A DNA stretch of 64,000 nucleotides, from positions 3,872,001-3,936,000 of the forward strand of contig OZ223209.1 of the NCBI GenBank assembly GCA_965140415.1. The letters run 5' to 3'. The translations under genes were made by a program, and so were the position numbers. Below are positions 29,082 through 40,445 of the stretch, piece by piece. Below the pieces are notes generated by a model, which worked only from the letters and a program-made list of their open reading frames with translations, was not told the origin of the DNA and made no database searches. Position 1 is the first letter of the stretch; each line of letters starts with the position of its first letter. The stretch comes from Myxococcota bacterium (GTDB lineage: Bacteria > Myxococcota_A > SURF-8).

Positions 29082-30416
29082 TTACTCTTCCTCACCTACC
29101 ATGTCGTAATAATCCAGTCCGAGATGAGTGATGAGATCTTCCTTCATCAGCCAACGCATGGTGTTTTTCAGTTTGGTCTGCTGGATGAAGATATCGTGCT
29201 CGGGATACAGGCCTTCCACCACCATCGGGCTCTTCCAGTAGAAGCTCAGCCATTCCTGAATTCCCCACATGTTGCAACGCTGGGAGAGGTCCAGAAGCAG
29301 GGCCAGATCCAAAACCACCGGCGCGGCCAGGATGGAATCACGGCAGAGGAAATCGACTTTGATCTGCATCGGGTAGCCGAGCCAACCGAAGATGTCGATA
29401 TTGTCCCAACCTTCTTTGTTGTCGCCACGCGGCGGATAGTAGTTGATACGGACCTTGTGGTACAGATCGCTGTACAGATCCGGGTAAACTTCCGGCTGCA
29501 GGATGGTGTCCAACACGCCCAGCTTGGATACTTCCTTGCTGCGGAAGGACTCGGGATCGTCGAGCACTTCGCCGTCGCGGTTGCCCAGGATGTTGGTGCT
29601 GAACCAACCGGACACACCCAGCATACGGGATTTGAAGCCCGGCGACAGGATGGTTTTCATCAAGGTTTGGCCGGTTTTGAAATCCTTGCCACCCACCGGA
29701 ACCTTGTTTTCGCGGGCCAACTCGCGCAGCGCCGGAACTTCCAGGCAGATATTGGGAGCACCGTTACCGAAAGGCACGTGTTCCATCAACGCAGCGTAGG
29801 CGTAAATCTGGCTCGGAGCGATACTCGGATCGTCCTTCTTCAAACCTTCTTCAAAGGCCGCCAGGCTCTCGTGCACGGCTGTCGGCTGGCGATACGCTTC
29901 GGTGGAGGCGCACCAGATGACCACGGCGCGGTTGCAGTCGTTTTCTTTCATGAAGTTACGGATATCTTCACGCAGCGCCTGGGCTTTTTCCCAACGCGTA
30001 CCCGTTTTCTTGTTCGGACCATCGATATTCTTGACGAAGCTATGATCGAAGACCGCTTTCATCGGAGTGATCGTAGACATTTCATCTTTGACTTTGTCCA
30101 GATCTTCTCTTTTGAGAACGGACGCATTGCAGGCCGCTTCGTAAGTGTTGTCTTCAAAAATGTCCCAGCCGCCAAAAACCATTTGATCCAAACCGGCCAG
30201 CGGCAGGAAATCTTTGATTTTGGGCGAACGACTATCCGTGCGCTTTCCAAGACGAATGGTGCTCAGCTGGGTCACGCTGCCGATCGGCTTGGCCATTCCT
30301 TTGCGAATGGATAACACACCCGCGATGAAGGTTGTTGCCACAGCACCCAGACCGGGGAGCAGAACCGCCACTTTTCCGTCTTTGGACTTGATTTCGTCTT
30401 TTCGTAGCACTGCCAT
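29082..30416 (-). CDS. ino1: Myo-inositol-1-phosphate synthase
   Basis: GLGAVATT, WCASTE, NGAP, GKDFKTGQT, NILGNRDG, YYPPRGDNKEGWD and CRDSILAAP. Confidence 0.96.
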   Translation of the reverse strand: MAVLRKDEIKSKDGKVAVLLPGLGAVATTFIAGVLSIRKGMAKPIGSVTQLSTIRLGKRTDSRSPKIKDFLPLAGLDQMVFGGWDIFEDNTYEAACNASVLKREDLDKVKDEMSTITPMKAVFDHSFVKNIDGPNKKTGTRWEKAQALREDIRNFMKENDCNRAVVIWCASTEAYRQPTAVHESLAAFEEGLKKDDPSIAPSQIYAYAALMEHVPFGNGAPNICLEVPALRELARENKVPVGGKDFKTGQTLMKTILSPGFKSRMLGVSGWFSTNILGNRDGEVLDDPESFRSKEVSKLGVLDTILQPEVYPDLYSDLYHKVRINYYPPRGDNKEGWDNIDIFGWLGYPMQIKVDFLCRDSILAAPVVLDLALLLDLSQRCNMWGIQEWLSFYWKSPMVVEGLYPEHDIFIQQTKLKNTMRWLMKEDLITHLGLDYYDMVGEEE

Positions 30417-30754
30417 CGTTCAACCTCTTTTCTAGGTTATCTTAAGTCATGTTTCCTTAACATTGGTTGCCAATCTACGGATATCCCTATGGCAATCAGT
30501 TTTGACATCATAGTCCCCACCCTATGATTGTCAACACAAATCTAAACTCATCAGAACACTTTTTATGAGCGAAAACCGGGTTCGTCAAGTTTGAATCCAC
30601 AATCAACCTCTCCACATTAAAATTCCATTCCGAACATGGACATAACAAACAGAACAACCCGTAAATATATTGGAATATTCCGGATTCCCCCAATTTCTTT
30701 GACAGGTGTATGGCTCTCTGTTACAAGGGTGTTTCCTTATTAACGGGAGGCTGC

Positions 30755-31405
30755 ATGGAGAATCAGATCCTCAGAGCGGTAGCATTATTAATTCCGATGG
30801 TCCTGTCGCTGACCGTTCACGAGTACAGCCACGCCTTTGCTGCCAAAAAACTGGACGATCCCACCGCAGAGCGGCTGGGGCGATTGACGATGAACCCGAT
30901 TGCCCATATCGACCCGATCGGAACCATCTTTCTGCCGCTGATGGGATTCATGTTCGGAGGCTTCATTTTCGGCTGGGCAAAACCGGTGCCGGTCAATCCG
31001 GTTCTCTTTACACGCCGTCTACCGATGAAGACCGGAATGCTGCTGGTTGCCGCAGCGGGACCGGCCTCCAACCTGATCATGGCGCTGATCGCCTCCTTAT
31101 TAATGTTCCTGGTCGTCCACGTAATCGGTTTCGTGGATCAAGCTGTTTTGTTCATCTTCGTGGTGTTCATTAAATTGAATGTTATTCTGGCGTTTTTCAA
31201 TCTGCTGCCGATTCCTCCCTTGGATGGAGGCCGCATTCTGGGTGGACTGCTGCCGGATCGCTTCGAACAGATGCTGGCGAGCATTGAGCGCTACGGATTC
31301 ATCGTTCTGATCTTCCTGCTTTTCAGCGGTGCCATGTCCTATTTGTTCATTCCGGTGACCTGGGTTTCCGATTTCCTGATCGGCTGGCCGGAGTTCTTGC
31401 AATAA
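30755..31405 (+). CDS. Site-2 protease (peptidase M50)
   Basis: HEYSH, GWAKPVP, AGPASN and FNLLPIPPLDG; RBS GGGAGG; TTGACA-17-TACAAG at 30699-30727. Confidence 0.95.
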   Translation: MENQILRAVALLIPMVLSLTVHEYSHAFAAKKLDDPTAERLGRLTMNPIAHIDPIGTIFLPLMGFMFGGFIFGWAKPVPVNPVLFTRRLPMKTGMLLVAAAGPASNLIMALIASLLMFLVVHVIGFVDQAVLFIFVVFIKLNVILAFFNLLPIPPLDGGRILGGLLPDRFEQMLASIERYGFIVLIFLLFSGAMSYLFIPVTWVSDFLIGWPEFLQ

Positions 31406-31458
31406 CTTCAGAAAACGGCGTTTTTGCTGGTTTCTGTTCCGGACGTGAGGAAAACCCA

Positions 31459-32109
31459 ATGAGAATCTTCCTTTTTACAAGTCTGTTGCTGGTGCTGTTT
31501 CTTTTCGGTTGCGAATCCAAGGATGTGCCGCCAACGAACGTCCAACCGGAGGCGGTTGAACCAACCGCTTTAGATCCGGTTAAAGAAAAAAAGGTCGACG
31601 CTCAAACTCAGGATTCCATGCCGAAACCCGGCTGGCAATTGTTTGAAGATCCCCAGGGAAGCTATCATTTTTACTTGCCACCCGGCATGAAGACCATGGA
31701 AACCGAAGAGGATTTGCTTCGCTTCGGAATTGAAAACGGAACGACAATGGACTTTCTGACCGTCGCAACTTCACGAAGCAACATCTCGCAAGGAAACACG
31801 CCACAGAGCTTCATGGAGGAGCAACTCCATCCTTTGAAGCAGAAAAAGAACTTCAAAGTCATGATCATGCAGAAACAGGAGTTGCCTGTCTTCGGTCCCA
31901 GACATTTATACTATAAAGCCCTGGTAGAATGGGGGAGCAAGAAAAAGCCGCACCGAGCGAAATGCTATGTGGTGATGTTCGAAGATCACTTGCTCGCATT
32001 TCAGTTTAGCGCAAAGGCGGAGCGCTATAGGGTTTTAAATGGTTACTTCTCGCAACTGATCGAAAGCATTCGTCCCGACCGGGCAACCCCTTCTGAATCG
32101 GAGCACTGA
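31459..32109 (+). CDS. Hypothetical lipoprotein (possibly PsbP/Mog1-like fold)
   Basis: RBS GAGG, lipobox LFGC, F.D..GSY.F.LP.G and F..LIESIR ending. Confidence 0.55.
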   Translation: MRIFLFTSLLLVLFLFGCESKDVPPTNVQPEAVEPTALDPVKEKKVDAQTQDSMPKPGWQLFEDPQGSYHFYLPPGMKTMETEEDLLRFGIENGTTMDFLTVATSRSNISQGNTPQSFMEEQLHPLKQKKNFKVMIMQKQELPVFGPRHLYYKALVEWGSKKKPHRAKCYVVMFEDHLLAFQFSAKAERYRVLNGYFSQLIESIRPDRATPSESEH

Positions 32110-32116
32110 CACCCAC

Positions 32117-33136
32117 ATGCAGCCGCTAAGCAGTCCTATTCGCATCGGTTCCTGTACGATCCGTAACCGTCTTTTTCTGGCACCCGTCGATGGTGTTTTC
32201 GACCGGGCGTTCCGGCTGTTGGCCGTACAGCACGGCGTGGGATTAACCTGCTCGGAAATGGTTTCTGCACGTGGGCTGCGTTACAGCAAATCCAAATTCC
32301 TGGACAAAATCATCGGCGATCCACAGGAAAGCCCTTATCAGGTGCAACTTTCGGAACACGAACCGCAATTGCTGGCCGACGCTGCACGCTGGCTACAGGA
32401 AGACGGCATTGCCGATATCGTCGATTTGAACATGGGTTGCCCCTCCCGCCTGGTGACAGGAAGCGGAAACGGCTCTGCATTGATGAAAAGCCCCGAACTG
32501 GTGGCATCAATTGTTAGAGAAGTCCGTAAGGCAATCGATCTACCGCTCACGGTGAAAATCCGGGCAGGCTGGGACGATTCCAACCGCAACGCGGTGGACA
32601 TCGCCTGGATCTGTCAGGAAGAAGGCGCTGACGCCGTTACCGTGCATGGCCGCACACGTAGCCAGGCTTTCGGAGGCAAGGCCGATTGGGAAATCATTGG
32701 CCGGGTAAAGCGGCGTTTGTCCATTCCGGTAATCGGAAACGGAGATGTCGTCTCCGCCGCAGATGCCCGTCGTATCCGAGAAGTTTCCAATTGCGACGGC
32801 ATCATGATCGCTCGTGGCGCATTCGGCAACCCGTGGCTGATCGACCGCATTCTGAAGGATGACGAGTCAATCGCTCCCGACCTGGATGAACTGGAAGAAA
32901 CGATCCTGCTGCACATCGATCTGCAATGCCGGATCTGCGAAGAAAAACTGGCCATCCCGAGATTGCGCAAGCATCTTGCCTGGTATGTCAAAGGCTTATA
33001 TGGAGCCGCAGCCTTCCGCCGCACGGCCTTTATTCTCTCTAGCCGAACCGAACTGGAAACCGCGATCCGCGACTATTTCAAGCAACTGAAAACAAAAGCA
33101 ACGGAAATCGATACGGATTCCGGCCAATCGGTCTGA
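32117..33136 (+). CDS. dusB: tRNA-dihydrouridine synthase B
   Basis: LAP, SEMV, DLNMGCP, GSALM, TVKIR.GWD, VHGRTR, GNGD and RKHLAWY. Confidence 0.92.
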   Translation: MQPLSSPIRIGSCTIRNRLFLAPVDGVFDRAFRLLAVQHGVGLTCSEMVSARGLRYSKSKFLDKIIGDPQESPYQVQLSEHEPQLLADAARWLQEDGIADIVDLNMGCPSRLVTGSGNGSALMKSPELVASIVREVRKAIDLPLTVKIRAGWDDSNRNAVDIAWICQEEGADAVTVHGRTRSQAFGGKADWEIIGRVKRRLSIPVIGNGDVVSAADARRIREVSNCDGIMIARGAFGNPWLIDRILKDDESIAPDLDELEETILLHIDLQCRICEEKLAIPRLRKHLAWYVKGLYGAAAFRRTAFILSSRTELETAIRDYFKQLKTKATEIDTDSGQSV

Positions 33137-33163
33137 ATTGAGCAGGCAGCAGGAGAAACCCCA

Positions 33164-34492
33164 TTGATCAGCCGACTGGCCACCCGACTGGAGTTGACGG
33201 AAGCGGAAAAGAAAACGTTCCGTCTTCTGATGGTGGCCTCTTTTTTCAGCGGTCTGATGGCCTCGGTCTGGTTGATCCTGCCGGAGATTGCACGAAACAC
33301 GCTGGGCGCCAGTAAAAATTACATTGCAATCATGACCTTGATCTGGCCCACCGGTCAACTGGTGGCCGCCTACTGGTCCTCTTACCTCGACGGCAGAAAA
33401 AGCAAGGCGCGTATCCTTGTGTTCATCGCGTTATTCGGTCGCTTTCCAATCGTGCTGGGGGCTCTGTTCAGCGAGGTGCAGCCCTTGCTGCTGTTGCTGC
33501 TTTTCATCGTGCTGAGCTGGCCGGCGATTATCGCCATTCAACATTCGATCATCCAGACCAACTTCAGAAAAGAAATCCGTGGCAAGCTGTTCAGCTATTA
33601 CATGTCCGGAACGACCTTAACCAGCCTGGTTTCCGTGTTGTTCATGGGATTGCTTTTGGACGCCAACGAACAGAATTACCGCTGGATTATCATGTTCGTA
33701 GGTGTCGCTGGGATGTTGGAACCGCTGATCCTATCCAAAATCGCCGTAACCAATTCCTTCCATTCCGTTTACAATCAAAATCGTGCAAATCGACGCAAAG
33801 CAAGCCAGGTATTTCTCAAACCATGGCGAAACCTGTACACGCTGTTTAAAGAGGATCGCAACTTCTTCCGCTATGAAATCAATTTCATGATTTACGGCAT
33901 GGGTTACATGATCTTGCAACCCTTTGTCACACTCTTTCTGGTCAACGATCTGCAATTGAACTACACACAGATCAGCCTGGCCAAAGGTACAATACTACAG
34001 GTCGGTGTGGTTTCGTTGCTGCCGATCATGGGCCGATTGTTCGATCGCCAGAATCCGATTCTGTTTGGCTCGCTCGTGTTTCTGATGATTAGCGTACTAC
34101 CGATTTCTTTCATCCTGACCGGGGTGCTCCAGCCTGAAAATCCTCAATATTACATCTATGCCGGATACGCCCTGCTCAGTTTCGGCTGGGCAGGCAACCA
34201 GATCGTGTGGAATCTCGGTTCGATGTTCTTTGCCGACAGCCGTGATGTCTCCAGCTATTCCGGCGCACACGTCGTCATGGTCGGTATACGTGGTTTATTG
34301 ACGATGGGCATTACGCTGTTGCTGGTCAACGTAGTCGATCCGTTATTCGCCTTTTCGTGCACGATTATCCTGTGGCTTGGGGCCAGCGCGAGCATGTATC
34401 GTCACTACCACATCAAATATCGAAACCAAACGATTGTTACCGGCGAACACGAACCGGCGCAGGTAAACCACCCGACTTTGACAGGCAAGTAA
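33164..34492 (+). CDS. MFS transporter
   Basis: About 12 hydrophobic helices, RGKLFS and GRLFDR loops; TTG start after AGGAG. Confidence 0.82.
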   Translation: MISRLATRLELTEAEKKTFRLLMVASFFSGLMASVWLILPEIARNTLGASKNYIAIMTLIWPTGQLVAAYWSSYLDGRKSKARILVFIALFGRFPIVLGALFSEVQPLLLLLLFIVLSWPAIIAIQHSIIQTNFRKEIRGKLFSYYMSGTTLTSLVSVLFMGLLLDANEQNYRWIIMFVGVAGMLEPLILSKIAVTNSFHSVYNQNRANRRKASQVFLKPWRNLYTLFKEDRNFFRYEINFMIYGMGYMILQPFVTLFLVNDLQLNYTQISLAKGTILQVGVVSLLPIMGRLFDRQNPILFGSLVFLMISVLPISFILTGVLQPENPQYYIYAGYALLSFGWAGNQIVWNLGSMFFADSRDVSSYSGAHVVMVGIRGLLTMGITLLLVNVVDPLFAFSCTIILWLGASASMYRHYHIKYRNQTIVTGEHEPAQVNHPTLTGK

Positions 34493-34592
34493 CCCCGGAT
34501 ACCTGTCATAACCGATTCGATCTCCCCCTTGCCTACTTAACTATCAGTTCAAAGTTGCACCCTGATTCGGATGCGGTATGAGTTGCACCATG

Positions 34593-35012
34593 CTACTCTC
34601 CGAAGCACTGTACCATCACTCGGCGACTTCGGGCTTTGTTGTCCAGATCCACCAGTACGATCTGCTGCCAGGTACCCAAGGGCACCCTGCCATTCTCGAT
34701 GGGAAAGACGCGAGATGGTCCCAACAAGGCCGCCAATACATGACTATAGCCGTTGCCATCGCCCCAGGCGTTGTCGTGTTCGTATTGCCGCTCGGGTGGA
34801 GCGATTTCCTTCAAGGTCCGCTTTAAATCGTTCACCACGCCCGGCTCGAACTCGATTGTCGTAACCGATCCGGTCGAGCCGCCGACAAATACACAGGCTT
34901 GCCCCTGTTTCACACGGCTTGCTCCCACAGAGCCCAAAACCTGTTCCGTGATATCCAACACATCGATTTCATGTGTGGTCTGAATCTGAAACGTTGAAAG
35001 CGACGATGCCAT
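34593..35012 (-). CDS. yjbQ: YjbQ/UPF0047 family protein
   Basis: DIT, GST..VTTIE.EPG, YEH...GDGNGYSH and LGTWQQI. Confidence 0.93.
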   Translation of the reverse strand: MASSLSTFQIQTTHEIDVLDITEQVLGSVGASRVKQGQACVFVGGSTGSVTTIEFEPGVVNDLKRTLKEIAPPERQYEHDNAWGDGNGYSHVLAALLGPSRVFPIENGRVPLGTWQQIVLVDLDNKARSRRVMVQCFGE

Positions 35013-35045
35013 GTTCTCTTTCCTCCCACGGATGTTCGCGGACCA

Positions 35046-36800
35046 TCACCAATCGAAATACTGTCCCCAGAACTCACATTGTTGAGAACGGTAATCGCTG
35101 ACACGCTCGCTGCTCGATGCATTCCCAACCCGATACAGCGTCATTCGATCCGACGAATAGGGAAGCCAGTCTCGCATTCCCATGATCTCCTCTACTTCCC
35201 CTTTACTAGCGAAAGAGGTCCAGTCCGTCTGCAACCAATACCGAATAAAAGGCGCATCGTCATCTAGCAACCGGTCATCCAGTGAATCGAACAGGTAGGG
35301 CAATTCTGCACCATGATACGCGCCCAGTCCTTCCGATACCGCATAGGAACCGGAATAATCGAACAAGTAACCGTAAGTCGGCAGTTCTTTTTGCATATGC
35401 TGCTGCAATAGCCATTTCATCGGACAGACAAAGTACAGATCGCCAACAAGCGCGGATGCCGCTGCATGGGCATCACCGCCGTAATCGTCTACTGAATAGG
35501 CGGCCAGAACCGCTCCCGCCAGCGAACCGAAAATCGCCGTAACGAAATCTTCGTACTGCGAAGCCGTGCTGATGTGGTAAGGCGCTATGAACAACGTGCC
35601 CTCGTCGGTAGTCATTCCCGCCAGCAAAGGCACCTCGGCGCTATGACCCGCCCGGATGGCATCGCTCATGCTTTCCGTAAGCGCATAGCCGTCGATGACC
35701 GGTCGATAGGTATTTCCGTTACTCAATACGCTGGGCGTTCCCGGCATGGTGTCCAGAATGCGTTGCACGGATTTCTGTCGTAAACAGGCCGCCACATCCT
35801 GCTCGTTGCTGCATCCGATTTCTTCCGCGAAATCCCGCCCCTGATCGGTTGCAGGAGGCAATAAGCCATTTCTCTCGGTCAGTTTGTTCATGGCCGACAG
35901 GCACCCACCGCTTTGCATGATGGCCTTGTGGAACAAACCTTGCGACAAAGGAGACGCCATCAAGGCGCATACGCCTACCGCCCCCGCCGACTGGCCGAAA
36001 ATCGTGATGTTGTTTACATCGCCACCAAAAGCCTCGATGTTATCCTGCACCCATTGCAGTGCCGCGATCTGATCGAGCAGCCCGTAATTCCCTGCCCCGG
36101 GAACGTCGGAATCCTGATCGATGAAAGACTCGTGTACGAGATAGCCCAGAGCGCCCAGCCGGTAGTTGATCGTCACCACCACAACACCCTGTGCAGCCAG
36201 CTTATCGCCTTGGTACAGAGGCATCGAGCCGCTGCCGGAAACAAAGCCACCGCCGTGAATCCAGAGCATCACAGGAAGCGCTTGATTCTCCGCCTCCTTC
36301 GGAGCCCAGACATTCAACGTCAGGCAGTCTTCATCCCAACTCAACTGTTCACCGGTCACCGGCAGCGGCCCCTGCGGACAGGCGGGACTATAGGAAGCAG
36401 CATGAAGCACTTCGGAGTGATTCGGTGCAGGCTGGGGCGCTCTCCAGCGCAACTCGCCGATGGGAGCCGCCGCATAGGCAATCCCCTTGTAACTCCAAGT
36501 TTTCGTATCACTGCTCCAGACGCCCTGCACCGGTCCCTGTTCAGTATGAACCAAACCCTCAACAACCGCTTCTTCTTCCAGCTCAGATACTTCAGAATCC
36601 AAATCGGTTTCAGCGTCTCCATCCACTAACTCACTGTCGCCATCCGGCAGAATCGGAAGATCGCCGTCAACCGACGCATCCCCGTCCATCGATTCGTTAT
36701 CATTATCTGAAGTAGCATCCACATCACCCGTTTCGGAACAGGCAAAACTCAGAAGCAATACCAGCATCAAAATCACGTATATCAGTATCGATCGCAGCAT
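35046..36800 (-). CDS. Type-B carboxylesterase lipoprotein
   Basis: Lipobox SFAC, DGD linker, EDCLTLNVW, WIHGGGF, NYRLG, GQSAG nucleophile elbow, DEG and HGAEL. Confidence 0.93.
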   Translation of the reverse strand: MLRSILIYVILMLVLLLSFACSETGDVDATSDNDNESMDGDASVDGDLPILPDGDSELVDGDAETDLDSEVSELEEEAVVEGLVHTEQGPVQGVWSSDTKTWSYKGIAYAAAPIGELRWRAPQPAPNHSEVLHAASYSPACPQGPLPVTGEQLSWDEDCLTLNVWAPKEAENQALPVMLWIHGGGFVSGSGSMPLYQGDKLAAQGVVVVTINYRLGALGYLVHESFIDQDSDVPGAGNYGLLDQIAALQWVQDNIEAFGGDVNNITIFGQSAGAVGVCALMASPLSQGLFHKAIMQSGGCLSAMNKLTERNGLLPPATDQGRDFAEEIGCSNEQDVAACLRQKSVQRILDTMPGTPSVLSNGNTYRPVIDGYALTESMSDAIRAGHSAEVPLLAGMTTDEGTLFIAPYHISTASQYEDFVTAIFGSLAGAVLAAYSVDDYGGDAHAAASALVGDLYFVCPMKWLLQQHMQKELPTYGYLFDYSGSYAVSEGLGAYHGAELPYLFDSLDDRLLDDDAPFIRYWLQTDWTSFASKGEVEEIMGMRDWLPYSSDRMTLYRVGNASSSERVSDYRSQQCEFWGQYFDW

Positions 36801-36870
36801 CTGTACTATCCCAGTGAAAAGGGGGAGCTAACGCTCCCCCGAAAATCGACACAATCCATCAATCGAATGA

Positions 36871-38886
36871 CTATCCTGCCAGAGCTTTCTTGACGGCCCC
36901 GGCGACATTCTCCCCGGTGAATCCGAATTTCTCCTGCAATACGCCGCCCGGTGCACTGGCGCCATAACGATCCATGCCAACCGCCACGCCTTTCAATCCG
37001 ATGTAGCGCTCCCAGCCAAAGGTAGCTCCCGCTTCCACGGATACACGCGCGGTAATCGCAGAAGGCAATACGCTTTCCTTGTATGCCTCATCCTGCTGTT
37101 CGAACAGTTCCCAACTCGGCATGGAAACAACGCGCACGCCGATCCCTTCCGCCGCCAGTTGTTCCTGCGCCTGCAAGGCGATGTGAACTTCCGAACCGGT
37201 CGCAATGATGATCGCCTGGGGCGCTGCGCCGTCGGCATCGCGCAATACATAGGCGCCACGCGCCAGATTGCTGGCGGGAGCGAAGACGCTGCGGTCTAAG
37301 GTTGGTAATCCCTGGCGGCTGAATACCAACATGGCCGGACCGTTCGTTTGCTGAACCGCCACTTTCCAAGCTTCGGCGGTTTCGTTGGCATCGCAGGGAC
37401 GCAACACCGTCAGTTTCGGCATGGCGCGCCAGCTCATCAAATGTTCTACCGGCTGATGCGTGGGACCGTCCTCGCCGACATGGAAAGAGTCATGCGTGAA
37501 CACGTAAAGTACCGGCAGGCCGTTCATGGCGGCCAGACGGATGGAAGGACGCATGTAATCGGAAAACACGAAAAACGTACCGGTAAAGGGTCGCACGCCG
37601 CCATGATAAGCCATGCCATTGGCGATAGCAGCCATGGCGTGCTCGCGAACACCAAAATGAATGTTGCGCCCTGCGCCGCTCTGACCGTCAAACGACCCCA
37701 TGCTCGTCAAGGCTGTTTTGGTCGAGCAGGACAGATCGGCATCGCCGCCAACGAGTGCCGGATAGTTCTGCGCGATGGCATTCAGACATTTCCCGCTGCT
37801 GACGCGCGTCGCCAGTTTTTCACCGACTTCAAACACCGGCAGCGCCTGGTCCCAACCCTGCGGCAGTTCACCGGCTAAAGTCTGTAAGAATTCCGCATGT
37901 AATTCAGGATAGGCTTTTGCATAGGCTTCCAGCTTTTTCTGCCACTGCTCGTTGGCAGCTTTACCCGTCTGAATCGTTTCCTCGACGTGACGTTTCGCAT
38001 CATCGGGCACCATAAAACTCTGTTGCGCATCCCAACCCAGAGTCTGCTTGGTCAACGCGACTTCATCCACTCCTAAAGGGCTGCCATGACAGGAAGCGGT
38101 GCCCTGCTTGTTGGGGGAACCGTAACCGATGGTGGTTTTTACGATGATGATTGAGGGGCGTTTGGTATCGGCTTTCGCCTGCGAAATCGCATCGTTTAGC
38201 GCGTCGAGATCGGTATCGCCCTGCTTGACATGCAACACCTGCCAGCCATAGGCTTCGTAACGCTTGCCGACATCCTCCACAGAGAACGTCAGATCGGCTG
38301 GACCGTCTAACGTGACATCGTTAGCATCGTACAAATAAATCAGTTTCCCCAGGCCCAACTGACCGGCTAAGCTTGCCGCCTCGGTAGAAATGCCTTCCAT
38401 CAGATCGCCATCGGAAACCAATGCGAAGGAAAAATGATCCACAATCTCATGGTCCGGGCGATTGAAACGATTTGCCAATGCGCGCTCGGCAATGGCCATA
38501 CCGACCGCATTTGCCGTCCCCTGCCCCAACGGACCGGTAGTGGCTTCTACGCCGGGAACGTGGCGATATTCCGGATGCCCCGGCGTCAGGCTGCCCCATT
38601 GGCGGAAATCCTTGATATCGTCCATGGAAAGTGAAAAACCGAACAGATGCAACAGGCTGTAAATCAACATGGAGCCATGTCCGGCGGAGAGGATAAAGCG
38701 GTCACGATCCGGCCAGCTCGGTTGGCTGGGATCTTGTTTCAGGTGGTTTTTCCACAAGGCATACGCCATCGGTGCGGCCCCCAAAGGTAGACCGGGATGA
38801 CCGGAGTTCGCTTTCTGAATGGCGTCGATCGACAAGGTTCGAATCGTGTTTACGCACAACATGTCCAGGGATTGCTTCTCGCCCAT
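36871..38886 (-). CDS. tkt: Transketolase
   Basis: [39 protein letters not shown] and GEDGPTHQP. Confidence 0.98.
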   Translation of the reverse strand: MGEKQSLDMLCVNTIRTLSIDAIQKANSGHPGLPLGAAPMAYALWKNHLKQDPSQPSWPDRDRFILSAGHGSMLIYSLLHLFGFSLSMDDIKDFRQWGSLTPGHPEYRHVPGVEATTGPLGQGTANAVGMAIAERALANRFNRPDHEIVDHFSFALVSDGDLMEGISTEAASLAGQLGLGKLIYLYDANDVTLDGPADLTFSVEDVGKRYEAYGWQVLHVKQGDTDLDALNDAISQAKADTKRPSIIIVKTTIGYGSPNKQGTASCHGSPLGVDEVALTKQTLGWDAQQSFMVPDDAKRHVEETIQTGKAANEQWQKKLEAYAKAYPELHAEFLQTLAGELPQGWDQALPVFEVGEKLATRVSSGKCLNAIAQNYPALVGGDADLSCSTKTALTSMGSFDGQSGAGRNIHFGVREHAMAAIANGMAYHGGVRPFTGTFFVFSDYMRPSIRLAAMNGLPVLYVFTHDSFHVGEDGPTHQPVEHLMSWRAMPKLTVLRPCDANETAEAWKVAVQQTNGPAMLVFSRQGLPTLDRSVFAPASNLARGAYVLRDADGAAPQAIIIATGSEVHIALQAQEQLAAEGIGVRVVSMPSWELFEQQDEAYKESVLPSAITARVSVEAGATFGWERYIGLKGVAVGMDRYGASAPGGVLQEKFGFTGENVAGAVKKALAG

Positions 38887-39038
38887 GTTTGCTTCCTCTC
38901 TTGCAAGCGCTATAGGTTACGGTTGGTTCTCATCATGTTTTTCCGAATTGGGAATAGAATGCGATGACATTATACAGATCACCTCCGTTTTGGCAACCTA
39001 TCAAATTCACTGTCGTCAAATTCACGAATGGTTCGGTT

Positions 39039-39785
39039 TTACGGGAGGTATTCGAGCGGATCGATGGGCTGCTTGTGATAGCGGATCTCAAAATGTACGT
39101 GCGGACCGGTGGTGCGTCCGGTCTGACCGACCTTGCCAATGACATCGCCTTTGCGGACGCGATCCCCCTTATGTACGCTATTAAACTGATTGTGTGCGTA
39201 CACCGTGTAAAAACCGTGATCGTGCTGTATCAGCACCATGTTTCCGAAGCCGCGCTGGGTATTATCCGAATAGATGACCGTTCCGGCAGCGGCGGCAACA
39301 ATAGGCGTTCCCTGCGGGGCGCTGATGTCGATGCCGGTGTGCATCTTGCCATGCCGTGGACCGAAACCGGAGGTCAGCACGCCTTCCACCGGCCAGCGGA
39401 AAACCACCTTGTTCTTCGGAGCGATACTCGACCCCGACTTTCCCTTGGATTTTCCGATAGATGTAGAGGAACCGCCGTGATTTCTTTTGTTACCGCGTTT
39501 AGCGGATTTGGTGTGCTGATCCGGTTTGGACTGATCGACACGCTTCACGCGACTGGCTCCCGGAATGAACAACTGTTCGCCGGGATAGATCGTGTTGGCG
39601 TTACGAAGAAAGTTGGCTTCTTTTAACTGCTGTACGGGAATGTCGTAGGTACGCGAAATGGCGTAGAGCGTCTCCCCTTTATGCACCGTGTGGTATATAC
39701 CGAACGCTGTATGGCAGCCGGAGATCACACCGATGGCCACGATGAAAAGAAACAGCGGGTAGAGCTTTAAAAATACACTGCGCAA
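39039..39785 (-). CDS. LysM + M23 peptidase-domain lipoprotein (NlpD-like)
   Basis: Lipobox ISGC, LysM HTVHKGETLYAIS, M23 HTGID, YAH and GPHVHFE. Confidence 0.92.
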   Translation of the reverse strand: MRSVFLKLYPLFLFIVAIGVISGCHTAFGIYHTVHKGETLYAISRTYDIPVQQLKEANFLRNANTIYPGEQLFIPGASRVKRVDQSKPDQHTKSAKRGNKRNHGGSSTSIGKSKGKSGSSIAPKNKVVFRWPVEGVLTSGFGPRHGKMHTGIDISAPQGTPIVAAAAGTVIYSDNTQRGFGNMVLIQHDHGFYTVYAHNQFNSVHKGDRVRKGDVIGKVGQTGRTTGPHVHFEIRYHKQPIDPLEYLP

Positions 39786-39807
39786 GGCATCCCATTCGGC
39801 TAATTAC

Positions 39808-40419
39808 CTAATGAAATGCGTATTTTACCACAACGAAGCCAAGAATCAAGAGTACGGAGAAGACAATCGCCAGTAAATCGAAGTATTTATCGATCCAGTT
39901 CTTGATCGGATCACCGAATTTGTAGATCAACACGCCTTCCATTCCAAAACGGAAGCCGCGACCGACCAGGGATGCGATCAGGAAGGTTGCAATATCGCTT
40001 TTGCACACACCCGCTGTAATCGTGAAGACTTTATAGGGAATCGGCGTGATGGCAGCGATCACAACTGCCAGAAAACTGTTCTCGTTAAATACCGTCGTAA
40101 GTTGTTCGTAAACCGCCTGGGCATTGTAGAATTCGATAATGGACTTGCCCACCGTTTCGAACAGACCATAACCGATGTAATATCCCAAGATCCCACCAAT
40201 AACGGAAGCGAAGGTGCAATAGGCTGCGAAATGAATCGCCTTGGAGCGGTTTCCAAGCGCCAAAGCCATTAGTAGCGGATCGGGAGGAATCGGAAAGAAA
40301 GAGGACTCTGCAAACGATAGCGTAACCAGAGCCGGAGTCCCATATTTAGTGTCGGCCCAATGCAGTACCCAGTCGTATAACGCACGCACCCAAGACATCA
40401 CTTTGCGGTACAGTCCCAT
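39808..40419 (-). CDS. YqaA/DedA family membrane protein
   Basis: SFAESSFFPIPPD and TPIPYKVFTI. Confidence 0.93.
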   Translation of the reverse strand: MGLYRKVMSWVRALYDWVLHWADTKYGTPALVTLSFAESSFFPIPPDPLLMALALGNRSKAIHFAAYCTFASVIGGILGYYIGYGLFETVGKSIIEFYNAQAVYEQLTTVFNENSFLAVVIAAITPIPYKVFTITAGVCKSDIATFLIASLVGRGFRFGMEGVLIYKFGDPIKNWIDKYFDLLAIVFSVLLILGFVVVKYAFH

Positions 40420-40445
40420 CTACGGTTTCTCCAGGAGTAAAAGCG

